Shown: piece after piece, positions 11,234 to 23,328 of the stretch
How the letters are laid out: every line of letters starts with the position of its first letter
Numbering within the stretch: the first letter of the stretch is position 1
NCBI GenBank assembly: GCA_963729045.1
Contig: CAVSMN010000012.1
Location: 1-64,000 of the forward strand
Source: an uncultured Nitrososphaeraceae archaeon
GTDB taxonomy: Archaea; Thermoproteota; Nitrososphaeria; Nitrososphaerales; Nitrososphaeraceae
DNA length: 64,000 bases
Reading direction: 5' to 3'
Notes under the pieces: model-generated
Databases searched by the model: none
What the model was told of the DNA's origin: nothing
Seen by the model: only the letters and a program-made list of their open reading frames with translations
Made by a program: the position numbers and the translations under genes

Positions 11234-11642
11234 AAATAGCAATAGCATTACCATCTGGGATAGGAAAAATAAAAACATTCAGGTTTGCTAATTTAATTCT
11301 CTATTCTCTCCGTGAATATCAGACAGCCCAATTCGATATACAGCTGATGCCTCAAATCTCGTATAATTATTTACGTAATAGTTAGCTAGAAAGTTGTCTT
11401 TACCATATTGAATGAAAAATAGGTATGGAAATGCCCATGGTGCTCTAAAGTGTTGGGATCGCCAAAGCCCCGGTAAGTCAGGAGATGATTGTTGTTACAA
11501 CAGGGATTGCTTATACCTATCTCTGGAATATGAGATCTGTATTTGTCTTTGAGTATTTTCTCCTGTGACGATTGACTAAAACTAATCAACAATAAAACAG
11601 ACTGCTAAGGTTTATTACTTGAAACTCGGGTGATAACCTCTG

Positions 11643-12440
11643 ATGTCGAGCAAGAAATTGGAAATATTAAATGGTTTTCTCTGTCTGGTAGATGTTATTT
11701 TGCTAATTCATGTATATGGCCATCTAAATTCAGTTTCAACTTTCGAAATCATTGCCATTTTAGTTTTTGATGCATTTGTTGTTGCTCTTATCATATTTGA
11801 TTTCTACGGACGATTGAAAAAATCGCAACAGGGATGGAGATATATCTTGGATAATTGGTTTATTATCCCCATATCAATACCGATTTTCATTTTCATTTTA
11901 CCTGAGACGGTATTTTCTGGAGCTTTGACATTAGGTATAATGTTCAGAGGATTAGGAATACTGTACATACTTAGAGTCGTCGTTAAGGATGATTTGAATG
12001 TTCTTGGAACTAGTAAAACTTTGCATGTAGTCATGACATTTTATATCATGCTAGGTGTAATCGCCCTCCTATTTTATGATGCAGAACGTTGGAGTCCAAA
12101 TTCATCCATAAAAAGTATAGGCGAATCATTTTGGTATATTATCCAGATGTCATCTGGTGCTACGTTTGGGCCAAGCCCCGTTACTTTTGAAGGCAGAATC
12201 GTAGGAGCAGTCGCCATGATTGTTGGAACTTTGCTAACGGGAATTTATGTTTCCGTTATTACCGTCTGGTACATGACGCGAAAAAAGAAGGGGAATCAGA
12301 ATGACCTGGCCTACGAAACAAAACAGAACATTATAGACAAGATAAATAGACTAGAGGAGCTAAACAGCAAAGACTTAAAACTACTTCTGATATTGATAGA
12401 AAGCCTACATGGAAATCTGCAAAAACCACGGGAGGGTTAA
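11643..12440 (+). CDS. 6-TM ion channel of the K+ channel fold with non-canonical selectivity filter
   Basis: Pore region PNSSIKSIGESFWYIIQMSSGATFGPSPVTFEGRIVG; four N-terminal TMs; C-terminal coiled coil. Confidence 0.8.
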   Translation: MSSKKLEILNGFLCLVDVILLIHVYGHLNSVSTFEIIAILVFDAFVVALIIFDFYGRLKKSQQGWRYILDNWFIIPISIPIFIFILPETVFSGALTLGIMFRGLGILYILRVVVKDDLNVLGTSKTLHVVMTFYIMLGVIALLFYDAERWSPNSSIKSIGESFWYIIQMSSGATFGPSPVTFEGRIVGAVAMIVGTLLTGIYVSVITVWYMTRKKKGNQNDLAYETKQNIIDKINRLEELNSKDLKLLLILIESLHGNLQKPREG

Positions 12441-13172
12441 TGCATGTATACTTTGATGAGGAGTGCAAGAGGTAACGATAATAGATGTTTGGTACATATA
12501 GGATTTTTTAAGAGAATCTTTTTCAGGAAATTCACGACCAAATCTACATGTCATGTCATACCATAATGAACAGAATAATTTATTGAGCTCTTAAATCAAT
12601 TGCTTTGAAAGTAGGACTTTCTCTCTAAGGATTCCTACTAGTAATAAGGTCTCCTCATTTAACGAAAGAAGTTCAAAAAAACATCAATCGAACTAGAGCA
12701 AATTTAAAGCAACAACACAAAGAAGGTGATAGCATACTTATTACATATATGTTTGGAATGAAAATGCGCATGAATGAATTATCACAGTTATCTGAAATGA
12801 GTGTTGTAATTGAAAAAGTAACATATTAACCTCGTATTAATTAGTGAAATAAACATATAGATCAATACTTATCCCACCTTATCGATTCACTAAATCAGCT
12901 TAAAGCATTAGAAAAAAAAGGCTTTATATTAGGAGTATTAAATTCCAGTTTCAGCACTCCGCACTCCGGGCCGTTTAAAGGGAGATGTACAATTACTACC
13001 CTCAATTATCATGGCCTTTCTTTTCTATAACTACAAACTTTCTCTTGAACATATTTTTAATCAAAATGTCTGGATTTTTGTAATTCTTTTGAACACATAT
13101 CCAATAATCGATGATTTTGTAAATCTATTGGAAAAAGTATAAAAGGTTTGTAGTCGTTATTAAATTATTGAT

Positions 13173-14447
13173 TTGACTGGTGCTGATCTAGATTCTTCTT
13201 TGGTAAAGTCTTCTAATCATATACTAGCTATATATCCTAATAGGAGAGAGAAGTTAGATGCTGCATTTAGATTCTTAAAAGATGGGCTCTTAAATAATGA
13301 AGCCATATTATTGATAACTGACGAGATAAACAAGGAGGATGCAATTACACGCATGGAAAAGGATTACACTGGATTTGATGTCTTAAATCTATTAGAAAAA
13401 GGAGTAATTTCCATTTTATCCACTGGTCAATGGCATTTTATTAATGATTCTTTTGATGGTGACAGGACTCAATCCAAGTGGAAAAAAGCTGTGGAAGAAT
13501 CGCTTTTAAATAATTTCTTAATAGAAAATTCATCAAAAAAAGGAAAGGCTAGTGGACTGAGGGCATTTGGCGACACCAAATCCTTCTTTAACAAGGATAG
13601 ATCTTTACGTTATGATAATAAGAATACCTTTAGTTTTGTTGATAAACTTGTAGAATATGAATGCTCTTTGGAAAAGCGTTTTCCATTTCCATTGAATGTT
13701 ATTTGTGCATATGAGGAAGAGGACATAGTTCAACTTGACAATCTGGAATTAAAATCACTTTTGGAACATCATGGAGTATTTCATAAAGATAGTATCAAGG
13801 AACTTGTTTATCCTTTACAAAATTCGCATATCATATTATTATATGATAATCAACAAGACTTGAATGATGCTTATATCACATATATCAATGAAGGTTTAGC
13901 CCGAGGTCAGCTATGTGTTTTTGCCTCTGTTCTTCTACAAAATAATGATTTTTTAAGAGATATTTCCCCAAAAATTATAAATTTTGAGGAAAATGTACAA
14001 AATGAGAATCTAGTTCTGGTCGATATGGCAAATTACTATATTCAAGCGATGATGGATAATTTACAGGAGTTTGACAAGCTTAAAAATAAGTTGATGGAGA
14101 AAGTTAAAAATGATAAAAAAAGAAATGATAAACATATTCGACTTATCTGTGACTGCAGTGATTTTCTTTTCAAAAACAAACACTTTGAAGAATGCATTAA
14201 CTTAGAAAAATGGTTGCACCAAAAACCATTTGAGGGTTCATTTCTTTGTCCTTATTCAAAATCTTTGTTTGATCAGTTTCCTTATTATTATTACCTCTTT
14301 AGAGTTTTTCATAGCGATGATATTGTTATTGATTCGCATGGTAATTTCCTCCTTGACTATGTTAAAAATTCTGAACATCAATCTAAACTTATTTCTTATA
14401 TGATGAAAAGAATGGATGTCTCTAATGTGGAGTTGAAAGAACAATGA
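13173..14447 (+). CDS. Tandem MEDS-domain sensor protein
   Basis: Two repeats: HILAIY...FLKDGL...GLRAFGD...EYE...ICAY and HIILLY...YINEGL...RLICD...LE...LCPY. Confidence 0.8.
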   Translation: MTGADLDSSLVKSSNHILAIYPNRREKLDAAFRFLKDGLLNNEAILLITDEINKEDAITRMEKDYTGFDVLNLLEKGVISILSTGQWHFINDSFDGDRTQSKWKKAVEESLLNNFLIENSSKKGKASGLRAFGDTKSFFNKDRSLRYDNKNTFSFVDKLVEYECSLEKRFPFPLNVICAYEEEDIVQLDNLELKSLLEHHGVFHKDSIKELVYPLQNSHIILLYDNQQDLNDAYITYINEGLARGQLCVFASVLLQNNDFLRDISPKIINFEENVQNENLVLVDMANYYIQAMMDNLQEFDKLKNKLMEKVKNDKKRNDKHIRLICDCSDFLFKNKHFEECINLEKWLHQKPFEGSFLCPYSKSLFDQFPYYYYLFRVFHSDDIVIDSHGNFLLDYVKNSEHQSKLISYMMKRMDVSNVELKEQ

Positions 14448-14534
14448 GAAATCCAACACAGGATCCAAAAAACTACCTGTCTGGAGAAAGAAAAGTCGAT
14501 CATGATATAAAAATGACCAATTCATCAGCTGGCA

Positions 14535-15483
14535 ATGAGAAAGGACATTAATATCCTTGTTTATGAAACGGATCCTGATATTCAATATCTGTATCAAGAA
14601 TATATGAATGTCATATCACCTCATGTATCATGTACTATTATAGACGATATTGAGAAATTGATCAATGGTAACGACAATTCTATTGTTCAACAAATTCAAT
14701 TCTACTCAAAAATCTAACTTCGACACTATAATTATCGACGTCAATGTTGGTGATTATGATGTAATTAGAATAGTCAAAAAACTACTTCAGAATATACCTA
14801 GACAAAAAATAGTCTTTACAACAACGGCTGACCTTCATATAATTAAGAATGAAATGATTCGTCAAGGCTTATCATCTAGTATAATTATATTACGAAAACC
14901 ATTTAGTTTTTCCGATCTACTTGCAGTTATATCTCCGACAAAAGGTAAATTTGATAAACTAAAATTGACTGATCATGTTCTGGCATCTTATAATTCAATG
15001 CAGGAAGAATTAATGGATGCAGTAGATTTCATCAAAAAAGGCATTGATTCAGACGAATTGAATCTGCTTTTGATAAGAAATGATATGGATATTAAAAATA
15101 CTGTTCATACTTTAAAATCAAAAGGATTATCTAATGCTGATACTTTGCTAGAAAATGAATCTCTCATTATCATAAAGAATAAAGAGTGGTATATTCCCGA
15201 TGGTAAGGTCGACGTACCCAGAATAATGAATCAATGGCAGGATTTAGTAAATCAATCAATACAACTAAAGAAGATAGGCTTAAGGGCATTTTGTATGATG
15301 GATTGTTTTTTTGAAAATGGATTTTCAACGGAGCTTGTAGATTATGAGTGTAATTTGCCTTCACAATTTCAGATACCTGTTATTCCGTTATGCGCATACC
15401 GACAGATAGATTTAGACTGTTTAACGGAGAAAGATAAAAAGAAATTGATTGAATGTCATAATCATATGATCATTTGTGAGTAA
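14535..15483 (+). CDS. Response-regulator receiver plus MEDS domain protein (frameshift near 14680)
   Basis: ORFs 14535-14717 and 14665-15483 join into ILVYETD...IIIDVNV...VFTTT...LRKPF (REC) then HVLASY...FIKKGI...GLRAF...DYE...LCAY (MEDS). Confidence 0.8.
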
Positions 15484-15748
15484 CATTCACCAAAAGGACA
15501 AAAGATCATTTTGGTTTATACTTGATTACCAGATATACTGATAAAAAGAATTGAATGAAATATCATTAGCATTTAGGTATCGTTTTTATAATCTCCAATG
15601 ATACTTTTGATTTTACTCATCAAAAAAAATGATAGAATCTCGATTGGAGGATCTTTATCGTAATTAATCCCACTCGTTCCATAGTTATAACCGTTCTAAA
15701 AAAGGTTCTAATGTTAAGAAAGATATAGAAAACGTGATTGCTTCAACA

Positions 15749-15980
15749 ATGGATACTGCCTTGAATTTAGACTTTACTTGTTATTTGTAAATGCAATAAG
15801 GTCTCCTCTTACTAGGGAAAAATACTCTGGTCGGCTAAATTTATTTTTCGACTTATCTCAATACCTCAATGTTCTTTGGAAGAGATATCTGACATTTTTA
15901 TGAAAAACTCCTATGAGAAGACAAATTAATCCCTAGATTGCATCTTCAAATGTGTAATACACTTGAAGGAAAAAATGTAA
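15749..15980 (+). pseudogene. 5-prime remnant of a second thaumarchaeal integrase
   Basis: YLLFVNAIRSPLTREKYSGRLNLFFD...SLEEISDIFMKN aligns with LYSLKSSQTRKNYQGRIDKFF...TTEEKSIQFIEK of the 51-1160 integrase; stops and shifts follow, no catalytic half. Confidence 0.7.
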
Positions 15981-16693
15981 CTTAATTAAGAAGATTTTTA
16001 GGAATCATACTAGGCACAGTTTTAAGTAAAAAAATTTCTATATTAAAATCCTAACAACTAGTAATTGAAGTGAGAGGGATAATGGGTGGCATACATACAT
16101 ACAGCCTATGACAAGTATATGCCATATGAAATATTTGCTAAAGTCCAACACGATGATGTCAATACTATAAACTCCATTATCACAAAAATAAGACAAATTA
16201 ACAGAAATATTGTATATTTGATACTGGAATAACAACTATTACCATCAAAGTGTATAATCTTCAGATAATACAACGCGGTTTCTTAACACAGTAGTATGTT
16301 GAGAATCTTTTATGTTATAGAATTCTAATTAAATTTGTATGGTAAGAATGACCCAAGAACTGAGAAATCAGTCTGACAAAAAAGGTCATCGAATTGACTT
16401 TGGTTTTTGCTCTAGGTGTGTAAAGTTCTTAAGTTTAGATAATTATAGAATTGGTCAAGAAATCATTTGTAAATATTGTAGCAAGGGAGACAAAGTTCTC
16501 GCTTAATCAATTAGTTTGCTTTGGTCTAATAAATATGAGTATGTTCAAGGGAAGGCTCTTGGCCATTGAATCTCGATGTACTATATATTACTGGAGAGGC
16601 GATTCTGGTAATACGCTCAAGAAGATTAGAACTCGCAGAACACCGAACTCCAAATAGGATTACAAGAGAAATGTCTTTCTAAACTGTGCACTT

Positions 16694-16790
16694 GCAGTCA
16701 GATAGCAGTCAGATAGCAGTCAGATAGCAGTCAGATAGCAGTCAGATAGCAGTCAGATAGCAGTCAGATAGCAGTCAGATAGCAGTCATA
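16694..16790. repeat. Tandem repeat GCAGTCAGATA x8 plus a partial ninth unit
   Basis: Eight perfect 11-bp units at 16694-16781, then GCAGTCATA; no spacers. Confidence 0.97.
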
Positions 16791-16883
16791 GGTATAGCGG
16801 ATACCAATCAATTCAGGAGGTTAATCATAATCAAAGTTTTTGATATAAATACTCTTTTTGATTTATAAATACCATGTATAATA

Positions 16884-17500
16884 TTGGGAAAAACTATTCC
16901 TCATACAATAAAGGTTAGAGTAGTTAGAGGTTGGTTAAGCGGTCTATCCCGTGACCGCATAGCCCTCGAAAACAAGATAGACTATGGCAGTGTTTCTGGT
17001 ATAATCGATCAATTCCGTAATTGAATACTAGATGTTGATTTATTAAGAGAAGTTTCTACAGAATTAAAAAAGAAGGGCCTTGATCTCTCTCATATAGGTG
17101 CCTCTATTAGGTTGAAAAAGAAGCTAGATCAGATAAACCTAACAGAAGAACAAACGGAAAATATTCTTGAGCAAATCAGCATCCATTGCTTTCAGGAAGA
17201 AATTGAAATCGAATAATTCTTAGTCCAGATCGGCGAAGTGACACAGATAGCTGAAAAATCTTGACACTTCAAATACGACATCCAAGAAATTATTGAAAAA
17301 CGCAAATTAGAAGTAGCAGAATTAGATCCACAAATATCATCTATGACCAGAAAAATAAGTCGACTGGGTATTAGATTATGGAATTGCAAAAGAAGAATTG
17401 GAGCAATATAGAAAAACAGGGCCACCTGCAGATAGACTAAAGCAGCTAGAGTGAAAATTAAGAGAGAAGATCGAGTTATAAATTTGCAAGCGGAAAATAA
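16884..17500 (+). pseudogene. Decayed gene for an N-terminal HTH plus coiled-coil protein
   Basis: LGKTIPHTIKVRVVRGWLSGLSRDRIALENKIDYGSVSGII...DVDLLREVSTELKK; in-frame stops at 17022 and 17214. End coordinate approximate. Confidence 0.7.
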
Positions 17501-17744
17501 AGTATAAAATTGAGTTTGATGGGCGAGAAGAAATCATGTTAGAAATAAGAAACTTTATTCACTAGAAAAAAGGTCATAGGGATTAACCAAGCAGATTATC
17601 CATATCCTCGGCTCATGGCAGAGCCTTAAGAAGATGGTAGTTCGTTTACTCCGCTACTTAGTTTCGAAAATAGATATGATGTGATATATTGCAAAAGACA
17701 AAATGTGTGGTTGATTTCAATATCTTGAGAAGCAAAGAGTATAA

Positions 17745-17830
17745 ATCCTCCAAGGAGGGGGAGCACTCGGTGCCTTTGAGGCAGTAGCTTTTAAGGCTCT
17801 TTATGAGGATTCTAAAAATAGATGCAAAAA
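17745..17830 (+). pseudogene. Patatin N-terminal fragment
   Basis: ILQGGGALGAFEAVAFKALYE matches the start of both full patatins; no GxSxG follows. Confidence 0.65.
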
Positions 17831-18222
17831 GCCGATGACCTTAAAGGCCTTAAATTTTTTTTTGACAATAACTGATCATTACCAAACAGTCTACGGTATC
17901 AATATAGCAATAAAGGACTACAGGTAGCATTAGTGACAAACGCTCTGCAAATTTTCCCTTGTCGACAGACATAGTGGAATCTTCGGTTGCTAAATGTGAG
18001 CACAGACGTAGGCTATGGTCCACCGGTAACATTCAGTAGCTTTTCACAAGCATCTGAGTCTGGACGAATGGATAAAGGATATGACAAGATTTCGAGGCGC
18101 TTGATAAATTATCACAAAGGCATAGAAACATCACATGATATGGTGTGTGCTAAAATATATATAATGGAAAAAAAATGTTTTACTTCTGGAGATATTACTC
18201 CCCATTAGCATTCTATGTTGTT

Positions 18223-18930
18223 CTATCTTACTGTTATGCTTCCTGTCATCCAAGGATGCAATATACAGATATAGTTGTATGTCCCGGGTTTCTCAAATGT
18301 TATTGTAAATGTGTTTCCTGCACCTGGAAATTGCTGTTCCATGCCCTTTGGAAGGAACCAGCCTGAATTGACATATTTTTCGGTCCCGTCCATGGTATAG
18401 TTTGCGTTGGGGTTCATAAACTCAACATTTCCAGAAGAGTCAATCGCAACTGGATTGAATGTTCTTGCGTTTAATGCTATGAGAGTGTTTGTGCCGTTCG
18501 GGCCGGGTAACACTATTGGTTCGTTGTTAGAGTTAGGGGGTGAACTTGCGAATGTTGTGGTGTTTGAAACGAATAGAGGAGAAACCACTCCTGCCATTGT
18601 GCTATTATCCATAACAAATGTCACAGTATGTGGTTCGCCGACATCGGTGGGATTATACCAATTCACGGCTTGCCCAACCTTTACTTCGGCATTGTCAGGT
18701 ACATATACGGTAAAAGGAGCACTATAATCGCCTCCCCCAGCGGCAATCTGCATAGTTTCGTTGCCTTGTTGTTGTTGGGTCTGTTGCTGTGACTGAGAGG
18801 TTGCGAACGCAGAGCTACTGCTATCCCCTCCTGTAGTTTCAAATAAAAGGAATAGGGATGAGATGAGCACCGTCATAGTTATTGTCGCAAATCCCATCGT
18901 CAAGATGGATAAATATGGTTTATTAGTCAT
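18223..18930 (-). CDS. Secreted or anchored type-1 blue copper (cupredoxin) protein
   Basis: N-terminal hydrophobic helix; EPHTVTF His ligand; YICILHPWMTG (C-x2-H-x2-M). Confidence 0.9.
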   Translation of the reverse strand: MTNKPYLSILTMGFATITMTVLISSLFLLFETTGGDSSSSAFATSQSQQQTQQQQGNETMQIAAGGGDYSAPFTVYVPDNAEVKVGQAVNWYNPTDVGEPHTVTFVMDNSTMAGVVSPLFVSNTTTFASSPPNSNNEPIVLPGPNGTNTLIALNARTFNPVAIDSSGNVEFMNPNANYTMDGTEKYVNSGWFLPKGMEQQFPGAGNTFTITFEKPGTYNYICILHPWMTGSITVR

Positions 18931-19125
18931 ATTTTTAAGACTATTTTGCCACTTTATTAGTTTTAAGCATTTATCTGATTCTATATCTAAAGGATATTAA
19001 ACCCAATGTTTAAAAGTCAATGAAAGAGAATCTCAAAAAAGCAAATATAGAGAAGGAAAGTGGCTAGTAAGCCTGCGAGTAAAGATCTATAAATTAGTCT
19101 ATATCCACATTCCTTGACGTCACTA

Positions 19126-20629
19126 TTATTGCTTTTGTGCCGAGCCCAATTTAATTGCCGTTCGTCTCATCATTATGCACATTACTATCGTTGAAGCTGA
19201 AAGCAGTGCTCCTATCAAGAATATTATATTAAAGGCCATTTCATTAGGTATCGGTTCTGCTGTACCTGATACTGAGGTGGGAACTACGAAGAGAGTTAAG
19301 AACACACCTGAAATAACAGGACCTATAGCTCCACCTATAATTCTCATAGTTGCGTTTGTTGCTGAAACCATTCCAGTTGCCTCTTTTGGTGTATGGCGTA
19401 GCATAAGGTTTGGTACAAGGGTAATAAAGACTCCGCCTAAAGCAAATCCTAAAAGAACAAATGCTGTTTGTACGGGCGTAGTATGAAATAGGAATAGAAC
19501 AACCATTCCAATCGTAAGTATTACGCCTCCTGGTACGATGAATCTCAAACTACCACGTTTGATTGCCATGAAACCTACTATGGGACCAAGGACTACAAAT
19601 AATAACGCTTGGGGTAATTGTAGCAACCCGACATATAGAACATCCATTCCTAATCCATAAGGCTCTGGTGTCTGACCTAGGACTGGAATTGTAGTAAAAA
19701 CAAGGTACTGTACAATTCCTAGCATCAGAAAAATCATATTGGCTATCAAGACGATCCTACCAAATGCTAGCTTTAGATTGACAAGCGGTTTTTTACTTCT
19801 CTTCTCAATCATCAGGAAGGCTGCGAGTGAAACTACTGCTATTGCCAGGAATACCCAGAACAATGTAGCTGCTTCTGGACCCATACCTAAGAAGGTAAAA
19901 GTCAGCATAAATGCTGAAATGGTTAGAATAAGCGTAATTAGCCCAGGGATATCTACTAGATCTGTAAACTTTTGCTTCTTTACTTCGACATCTGCACCTT
20001 CCTTTTCTTTTTTGATAGCTGTAGGGGCTCCAACTTTAGGAACAAGTTTCCAAAGTAAGAATAACAAGACTAATGAAAACGGAATAGCCGAAATAAATAC
20101 AGCTTGCCATCCACCAAAGTAAACAACGGCTGCACCTAATACTAAACCTGCTGCACTACCGCCCTGGTACATAGATAATATTATACCTTGGGCCATAGGT
20201 AGTTTCTTTTCTCCAACAATTTCTCTTGCAATTCTTATAGAAATTGGAACAACTGCTACGGCTACTCCTTGTAAAATTCGAAGGCCGATAAGGGTGTAAA
20301 TGTCTTGAGCTAAGTGGGGCCAGCATCACCCCTACGGTATAACAAATAAATACAATAAGTAGCATTTTCTTTGCCCCATAAAGGTCTGCTAGGCGGCCAA
20401 TTACTATTGTTACAGAAGCCCCTGACACAAGGTAAGCAGTAAGTACCCAAGTGATGACGCTATAGTCTACACCAAATTCTGTCACCATTTGAGGTAAAGC
20501 AGGGGTTAAAGAAGTATGAACATATAGTATTAAAACTATACTTAGACCCAGTATCCAAATGATCAAATTTGCATGTTTATATTCTGCCTTATGACTATCC
20601 GGATCGTTAGTATCGCCTACTTTACCCAT
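19126..20629 (-). CDS. MFS transporter, DHA2-like (frameshift near 20310)
   Basis: GRLADLYGAKK motif A in the 5-prime ORF; the frame AQDIYTLIGLRILQG...KKLPMAQG joins ORF 19126-20196. Confidence 0.9.
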
Positions 20630-21138
20630 GAATGTAGTTTTTTGAAATGTCAAATATATATATTTTATAATCAAGATGTTACTGCTACAATTTAATGAAA
20701 TCTAATACTATAAGATATTCTATGTCATTTTTATTTTCGTCGGAATTAGTATGCCTTCAAACTACGAAGGTTATGACCTGTATTTGTATTCTTTTTATAC
20801 GTTTAGTGTAAAAAAAGGCTTGAAAGATTATCTTATTCTTTGAACCAGAAACATACTTTACTTGCCAAGTAGCAATTGGATATAAAACTATTCTCCTCAT
20901 AGAGGTTTTAAAAGAAGAAAAAGGAATCAATGTTACTTGGTAAATGAAGCAATGCTAAAAATCGGTTGAGCAGGGTTTATCTATCTGGGCTGGATTGTTA
21001 GAGTTTATAATACCTAGAGAACTATGCTTCAAATGTCATAGGAAAAAATGCTGTTTTCCGCTTTGTTTCGTTTCACGGTTCCTTAATCTGTTAATTCCTA
21101 TTGCTCTATATTTCCATGAACAGGTTAGTCTTAATTTG

Positions 21139-22399
21139 TCATGAAACCCTATCTGTATTTGTATCCACATCCAGCTTCGATTTTTTTAAATATCTACTCA
21201 ATAGTATTGGATTTACAAGTAGATTAACGAGGATTAAGGAAAACACCAAAGTAACAAAAAGAGCTTTATATTCATAATCAGTGGGGAGAGAAAGCACTAA
21301 AGCCACACATATTCCGCCTCTCAATCCACCATATATGAGAACTTTTTGCCATTTAGCAGGTATCCTAACGTGCGCTATACGTAATAATGCGTCTCCTCCA
21401 AAAACCAGGACTACCCTTGCCAGCATTACTATACCAATTGGAGACTAGAACAATGATAATCCAAGACCAGGCATCTGTTAGGTGTAAATAATAAATTGCC
21501 ATGGATACTCCCATTAGATAAAATAAAAGTGCATTTAGCGTAAAAGCCAGATAATCCCAATACAAGTGAAATGATTGCATCATTTCTGAAAGGAGATCTT
21601 TATGTGTTCTTATCAATACCAAGGCAAGAAATACTATAGTTACCACACCTGAGACGTGCAAAAAGTGATCGGCTATTACGTATCCACCAATGACCATTGC
21701 TATTGACAATGTAAAACTTACAAATTCAGTTCCCTTCCATTTATTCAGCACTTTACCACCCGCATATCCTATAGCGCTTCCAAGGATAATAGAACCAACC
21801 ATGGACCAAACGAAAGAAATGGATGTATTTACAAATGAAAAAGCTAGACTTGAAAATACGATCCCAGATATGACACTAAAAGAAATCAAGGAGGTGGCAT
21901 CATTCAAAAGTGATTCCCACTCTATAAGTACATTAAGTCTGTAAGGGATGGGAAACCTCTTAAAGATTGTTGACACAGCTACAGGATCGGTAGATGCTAC
22001 AATAGCTCCAAAGAGCAATGCATGGATAAGCGGAATACCAAAAATGACACTTATACCTATTCCTATGAGGAACAATGTAATGATCACCCCAGCGACAGAA
22101 TAAAATCCAATTGGGATTATTTCTTTCCTAAGATCGCGTAATTTCAAAGTTCTAGCAGATTCAAAAACCAAAAGTGGGATGAAAATCAATAATATGATTT
22201 CAGGTAGGCTGTGTTCAACAAAACCATAAATCTCTTGGGTCTCAACAAGATCTTGTGGTGCTGCAATTATGATCACCCCAGCTATCATCATGATAGTTAC
22301 CCATGGAATAATAAAATTCCGAGTATAATAGTAAACGACGCTAGCTATTAGCAAATATCCAGATACTATGAGAAGATAATTAATGAAAACATCATCCAT
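21139..22399 (-). CDS. nhaP: CPA1 family Na+/H+ antiporter (frameshift near 21440)
   Basis: FGAIVASTDPVAV, ESLLND, HVSGV and GGLRGGICVAL motifs across two ORFs. Confidence 0.88.
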
Positions 22400-23328
22400 T
22401 ACAATCTAATATAATATCAAAGTGTTAATATGTATTTGATAAATTGTTTAGAGCCATTGAATAAGTTGTTATCTATTTCCACATGAATCTAAATTGGCAC
22501 TCTTTGGCTACAAAATACAATTTGTATGAATAAACTCAAATGAGGCTGGCCAATGGAATCTAGTTGTACCTTATCAAGGTATCCGACTTTATTTTTGGGT
22601 GCACAAACAAGTTACCCATATTATGAACTTGTTTGTAGGAATGGTCCATGCAATGAAGTTTCAATGATGATCTCAAAGGTATCCATATCCATCAAATAAG
22701 GATTCTAAATCTTTATTCTAGAATAGCAGAACTTTTAGTTGGTTTTAAGGTTATGATTTTCTCTCTAAGATAGTCTGGGGAATACATCAGACACACCCCT
22801 TTCTGTAGCCTTAGTAGAGTATTTCAGGAATGTAGTCATATCTAATCCGCCATCTTGACCTTCTTTTTCTTGTATTTTGATGTCCTTTTTAATCTCTAAT
22901 TTGAACAGATGATGTGAATCTTAATCTGTTTGAATGCATTTTATGTTAAAATAAGAAAATATCGCATGATCCAAAACTTATTGGAAATAAATTGAGACGG
23001 TCACTAGCAGACTATGAATATCGTAAAGTTAAGAATGATACTATTATCCAATTTTGTAATATATTATATAATTATGTTCTTCTGGTATGAGAATTTTAGA
23101 GCAACAAAGTGCTTTAGTGTAAATGAACAAGGACCAATTCTTTAATTGTAAAGAGTATGAGTTAGTAGAATATGTTATTTGCTCCATTATCGTTCAGCTG
23201 ATCTAGGCTTTTGGCTTTTGGTATAGGCATCTATAAGACGATACCAATACGGGATTCTTATCTCTGCCTTTAATCTTTGTTTAAATTGTGACATTTCAAC
23301 AAGAATTATAAAAAATAGCTCTCGTAAG

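Noticed and set aside
16694..16790. Possible CRISPR array
   Set aside because: Units are 11 bp and abut directly, with no spacers.
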